The position numbers were made by a program, and so were the translations under genes. DNA of 64,000 nucleotides from assembly GCA_001179505.1 (NCBI GenBank), contig CDMY01000295.1:310001-374000 (forward strand). Direction: 5' to 3'. The notes below the pieces were generated by a model. It was not told where the DNA came from. It ran no database searches and saw only the letters and a program-made list of their open reading frames with translations. Below, piece by piece: positions 61,267-64,000 of this stretch. Source of the DNA: Vitrella brassicaformis CCMP3155 (Eukaryota > Protista > Chromerida). Every line of letters starts with the position of its first letter. Positions within the stretch are counted from its first letter, which is position 1.

Positions 61267-61424
61267 GAGTGTTATTCCCCTGCCGATGTGCCTGCTGACG
61301 GGTATGAGGCGGGAGTGGACGAGGCCCCAAGGGTGGCATCTCTCTGTTTTTGCTGTGTTCTCAGTTGTCGTTGATGGCTTCGCTGAGACAGAGGCCGCTG
61401 ACTGAGTGACCAGGTGCGCCAGCA
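61267..61424. repeat. 158-bp direct repeat, copy B (includes 5'-UTR donor of ankyrin copy 4)
   Basis: Ends in gaccag|gtgcgccagca, homologous to the UTR-intron donor gaccag|gtgcgtcagca of ankyrin copies 1 and 3. Confidence 0.92.
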
Positions 61425-61502
61425 ATAGTGGAAAAGGAAGACAGATTTGCAAATGGCCGTGTGTGTGTAATTTGTGGATGCAGTGGTGTGACCCAAGGTG
61501 AG

Positions 61503-63317
61503 ATGGCCCAGGCGTCCTCTGCCGCATCGCAGGCACCTCCTGCTGCTGTGCCGCCCGGCTGCGTGGGGCTGGATGACGTCGACATCGTCCCTGATGAGGG
61601 CGTCAGTCCTCTCTGTCCTCTCTCCCGGCAGCTGCTGTAGGGCATCATTCGGCGCACCATCACTAGTGCCGGCCAAGTCACACAGCTGATCCGCCAAGGA
61701 GCCGACCCGACAGTCAGCGGCGACCTGCGCGTCCGCGGCGCCACACGTCCCACTGATACATATATTTCGTACAGCTGCCTGTCTCTCGCCATCGACAGCC
61801 CACCAAACAGCCCATTCCTCTGTGCGCGCGGCGCCGATTACCGGTACGTGCTCGTCGTCCCCCCACAGTGGCCCTCCAGTCAGCTGCAGCGTGACATTAT
61901 CAACGCGCTTGTCGATGGCGGGGCGGACATCGAGGCGGGCAGGTTTTGGCATGACAAAATGCCGACCCCAATTATGGTGGCCGTTGCGGCGGGCAATCTG
62001 ACGGCCGTCGAGACCCTCCTGGCCCTGAAGCCCGTCATGGCACGTTGGAAACAAAATTCGTACGTCCTGATGCAGCTTCCAACACATCTGAATCTGCAAC
62101 ACATCCGTGAGGCTGCCCGCCCCGTCACTCGCGAGTACGAGGCGGCCCTCACGTCCATCTACCACAGGCTCATCCAACATGACAGCAGACTCTCATTGTG
62201 GTGGGACGAGCGAGAGAACAATCTGGTGCATTGGGCAGCCAAGTTCCCTCCAGTCTTCTCCCAGTCCTTCATCAACGCGTACCTCAGCCTCATCACCAGC
62301 CACGGAGCCAATATCAGAGTCAACCTCATCACGGGAAGAGACGGCTACGGCAGGCAGCTGCCGGGCAGCACACCACTGTACATGGCGGCAGAGCACGGCT
62401 CCCCCTGTGTGGCCCACTGGCTGTGCCGCCAGCTCACAGCCGAGGACATCAACAGAGGGAAGCCCAACCAGGCCAACAAGACACCGCTGGCAGAGGCTGC
62501 CGCAGGGCTCGATCGCTTAATCCAACACCAGCAGCAGCTGCAGCAATATGGAGAGGGCCAAGTGGAGCGGTGGTCGAGACGATTCCGCCACCACAAGACC
62601 ATCACCCGGACGCTGCTGCGGGCCGGGGCGGCTCCATCCATCAGCCGCATGCCCAACGACACCGAGGAGGACCGCCGTCAGCGTCAGGTGGTGCTCACCG
62701 AGTATGCCACAGTACTGAGCGAGCTGTCTGAGGTCGTCATGTCGGCCATCAACGCCGCCCTGGCCCCCCAGCGCGACCACTCGATGCTTCTCGCCCGTCT
62801 GTTGCCCCTCGCCCGTCACCATGACGGCGCCCACCCCCACCCCTCCCCATCCAACATGGCATTCGGACCACACGAGGCAGAGGCCATCGGATGGAAGATC
62901 GGCGCATTCCTGCACGAGCCCTCCGCTACTGTGGCGGCTATCGACGAGTACCTCATCGACGACTCCCAGCTGAGGCGCCGCGTCCGTGCGGCCATCGGCC
63001 ACTTCGTCAAGTCGGCGGCCACACAGACGAGCAGCAACAGGGAGGTGATGGGCGGCATGGCCAGTGTGGGCGGCGTGATGGTGCGTGTGCCGCTGCACTG
63101 CTTCGCCGTCCGGGGCAGTGGCGGCCGTGTGGTGCTGACGGGTGTCCGTGAGGTTATTCATCGGGCCCGGCTGGACGAGGCGGCCCAGCACGGTGTGGAG
63201 GGGGTTGTCAAGGGCTTCAACGAGCATCTGGGCGACCAGGACTGCCAATTCGCGTGCCGGCAGCTGGGGCGCATCGACAGGAAGACCGGCCTGTTTGTGT
63301 CGCTGGGCATCGACTGA
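61503..63317 (+). pseudogene. Ankyrin-repeat copy 4 with single in-frame TAG at 61638-61640
   Basis: QLL*GIIRR where paralogues read QLLEGCIRR (GAG>TAG). The frame stays open on both sides through to GLFVSLGID*. Confidence 0.7.
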
Positions 63318-64000
63318 CTGAAAGGGGGAGGAGAGGGCCGTTGAGTGGGGGTGAAGTGGCTGCATGTTTGGGTGCTTTGTGTTGCAGTTCAAGGGCGGTG
63401 GGTGTCGCCGGGCTTCGCATGTGCATTCGGACAACCGTGACTTGATTCATTCAAAAACCTGTCTGTCGTTTGCGTCGGGGCCTGCGAGACATTGAGTGTC
63501 TCTCGTGCCAGTCGAGCGGCGAGCACTCTGTTGGCAATGCGGCGTTGGTTGCTTGAGGCCGCGTTGAGCCCTGCTCATGATCGACCCACCTTCGTTTGTC
63601 CAGATGAAGTGCACTGACGGGCAGTGCATTACGACCTTCAATTGACAGCTGGATTGACTGACTCCATTCTGTACGCTTGTCATCTTTTGGGTGTGGCAGA
63701 TAGCCATACTTACTGTGTCTCCCACTTTGCACAGACAAACAGACAGCGATGGCATCCGTCCATGCCTGTGTCATCGAGTGTCATCCATGTCACACACACA
63801 AAGTTAATGGGCAGCAAGCTGCCACCCATTGGCAGTGAGTTGAGTCCATTCACGCTTGTAAGTGAGAAGCCAAGGGCATGAGATGGGTCAATTCAGCTGA
63901 GAAGTAGCCACAGGCAGGGAGGCAGGGCACAGGAAATACACTTATTGACCGCGTCGGGCACATGCCGCCCTCATCGCCATGTCCAACAGTCAGCCATCGA

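Noticed and set aside
60112-61424. TRIM/LTR retroelement interpretation of the direct repeats (near TG...CA ends)
   Set aside because: No target-site duplication, PBS or polypurine tract found; identity extends beyond the TG, and the repeat end is homologous to ankyrin 5' UTRs.
61638-61640. TAG reassignment (alternative genetic code)
   Set aside because: TAG terminates other genes here (SPX-EXS at 8954, pgtA at 38587), and paralogues have GAG at this position.

Overview
Eukaryotic, intron-dense, GC-rich nuclear DNA; not prokaryotic, so no operons or CRISPR. Intron style, a characteristic ankyrin family, plastid-targeted proteins and apicomplexan-type genes suggest a chromerid alga, most likely Vitrella brassicaformis (inference). 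About 22 loci were reconstructed by joining exons by eye, so boundaries are approximate. In order: BTB/TLDc protein, ankyrin copy 1, TRAPP-accessory-like protein, SPX-EXS phosphate exporter, EMC6, aspartate kinase, two plastid-targeted unknowns, a membrane/secreted unknown, ankyrin copy 2, a six-EF-hand CDPK, a 3.2 kb microsatellite desert, a divergent Cks1-like gene, the Skp1 glycosyltransferase PgtA, a CCDC81-like protein, a SAM methyltransferase, RNA Pol III RPC2, F-box/LRR-like unknowns, and ankyrin copies 3 and 4 (the last with an in-frame stop). The most notable observations: (1) PgtA and the Cks1-like gene, both linked to SCF ligases, start only 48 bp apart head-to-head; (2) two coding lesions lie inside potential cryptic GT-AG introns; (3) the intronless ankyrin family is mosaic, has conserved non-coding flanks and sits next to a recent 158-bp duplication; (4) introns use UG repeats in place of a polypyrimidine tract. 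Most ORFs in the supplied track are microsatellite or antisense artefacts.
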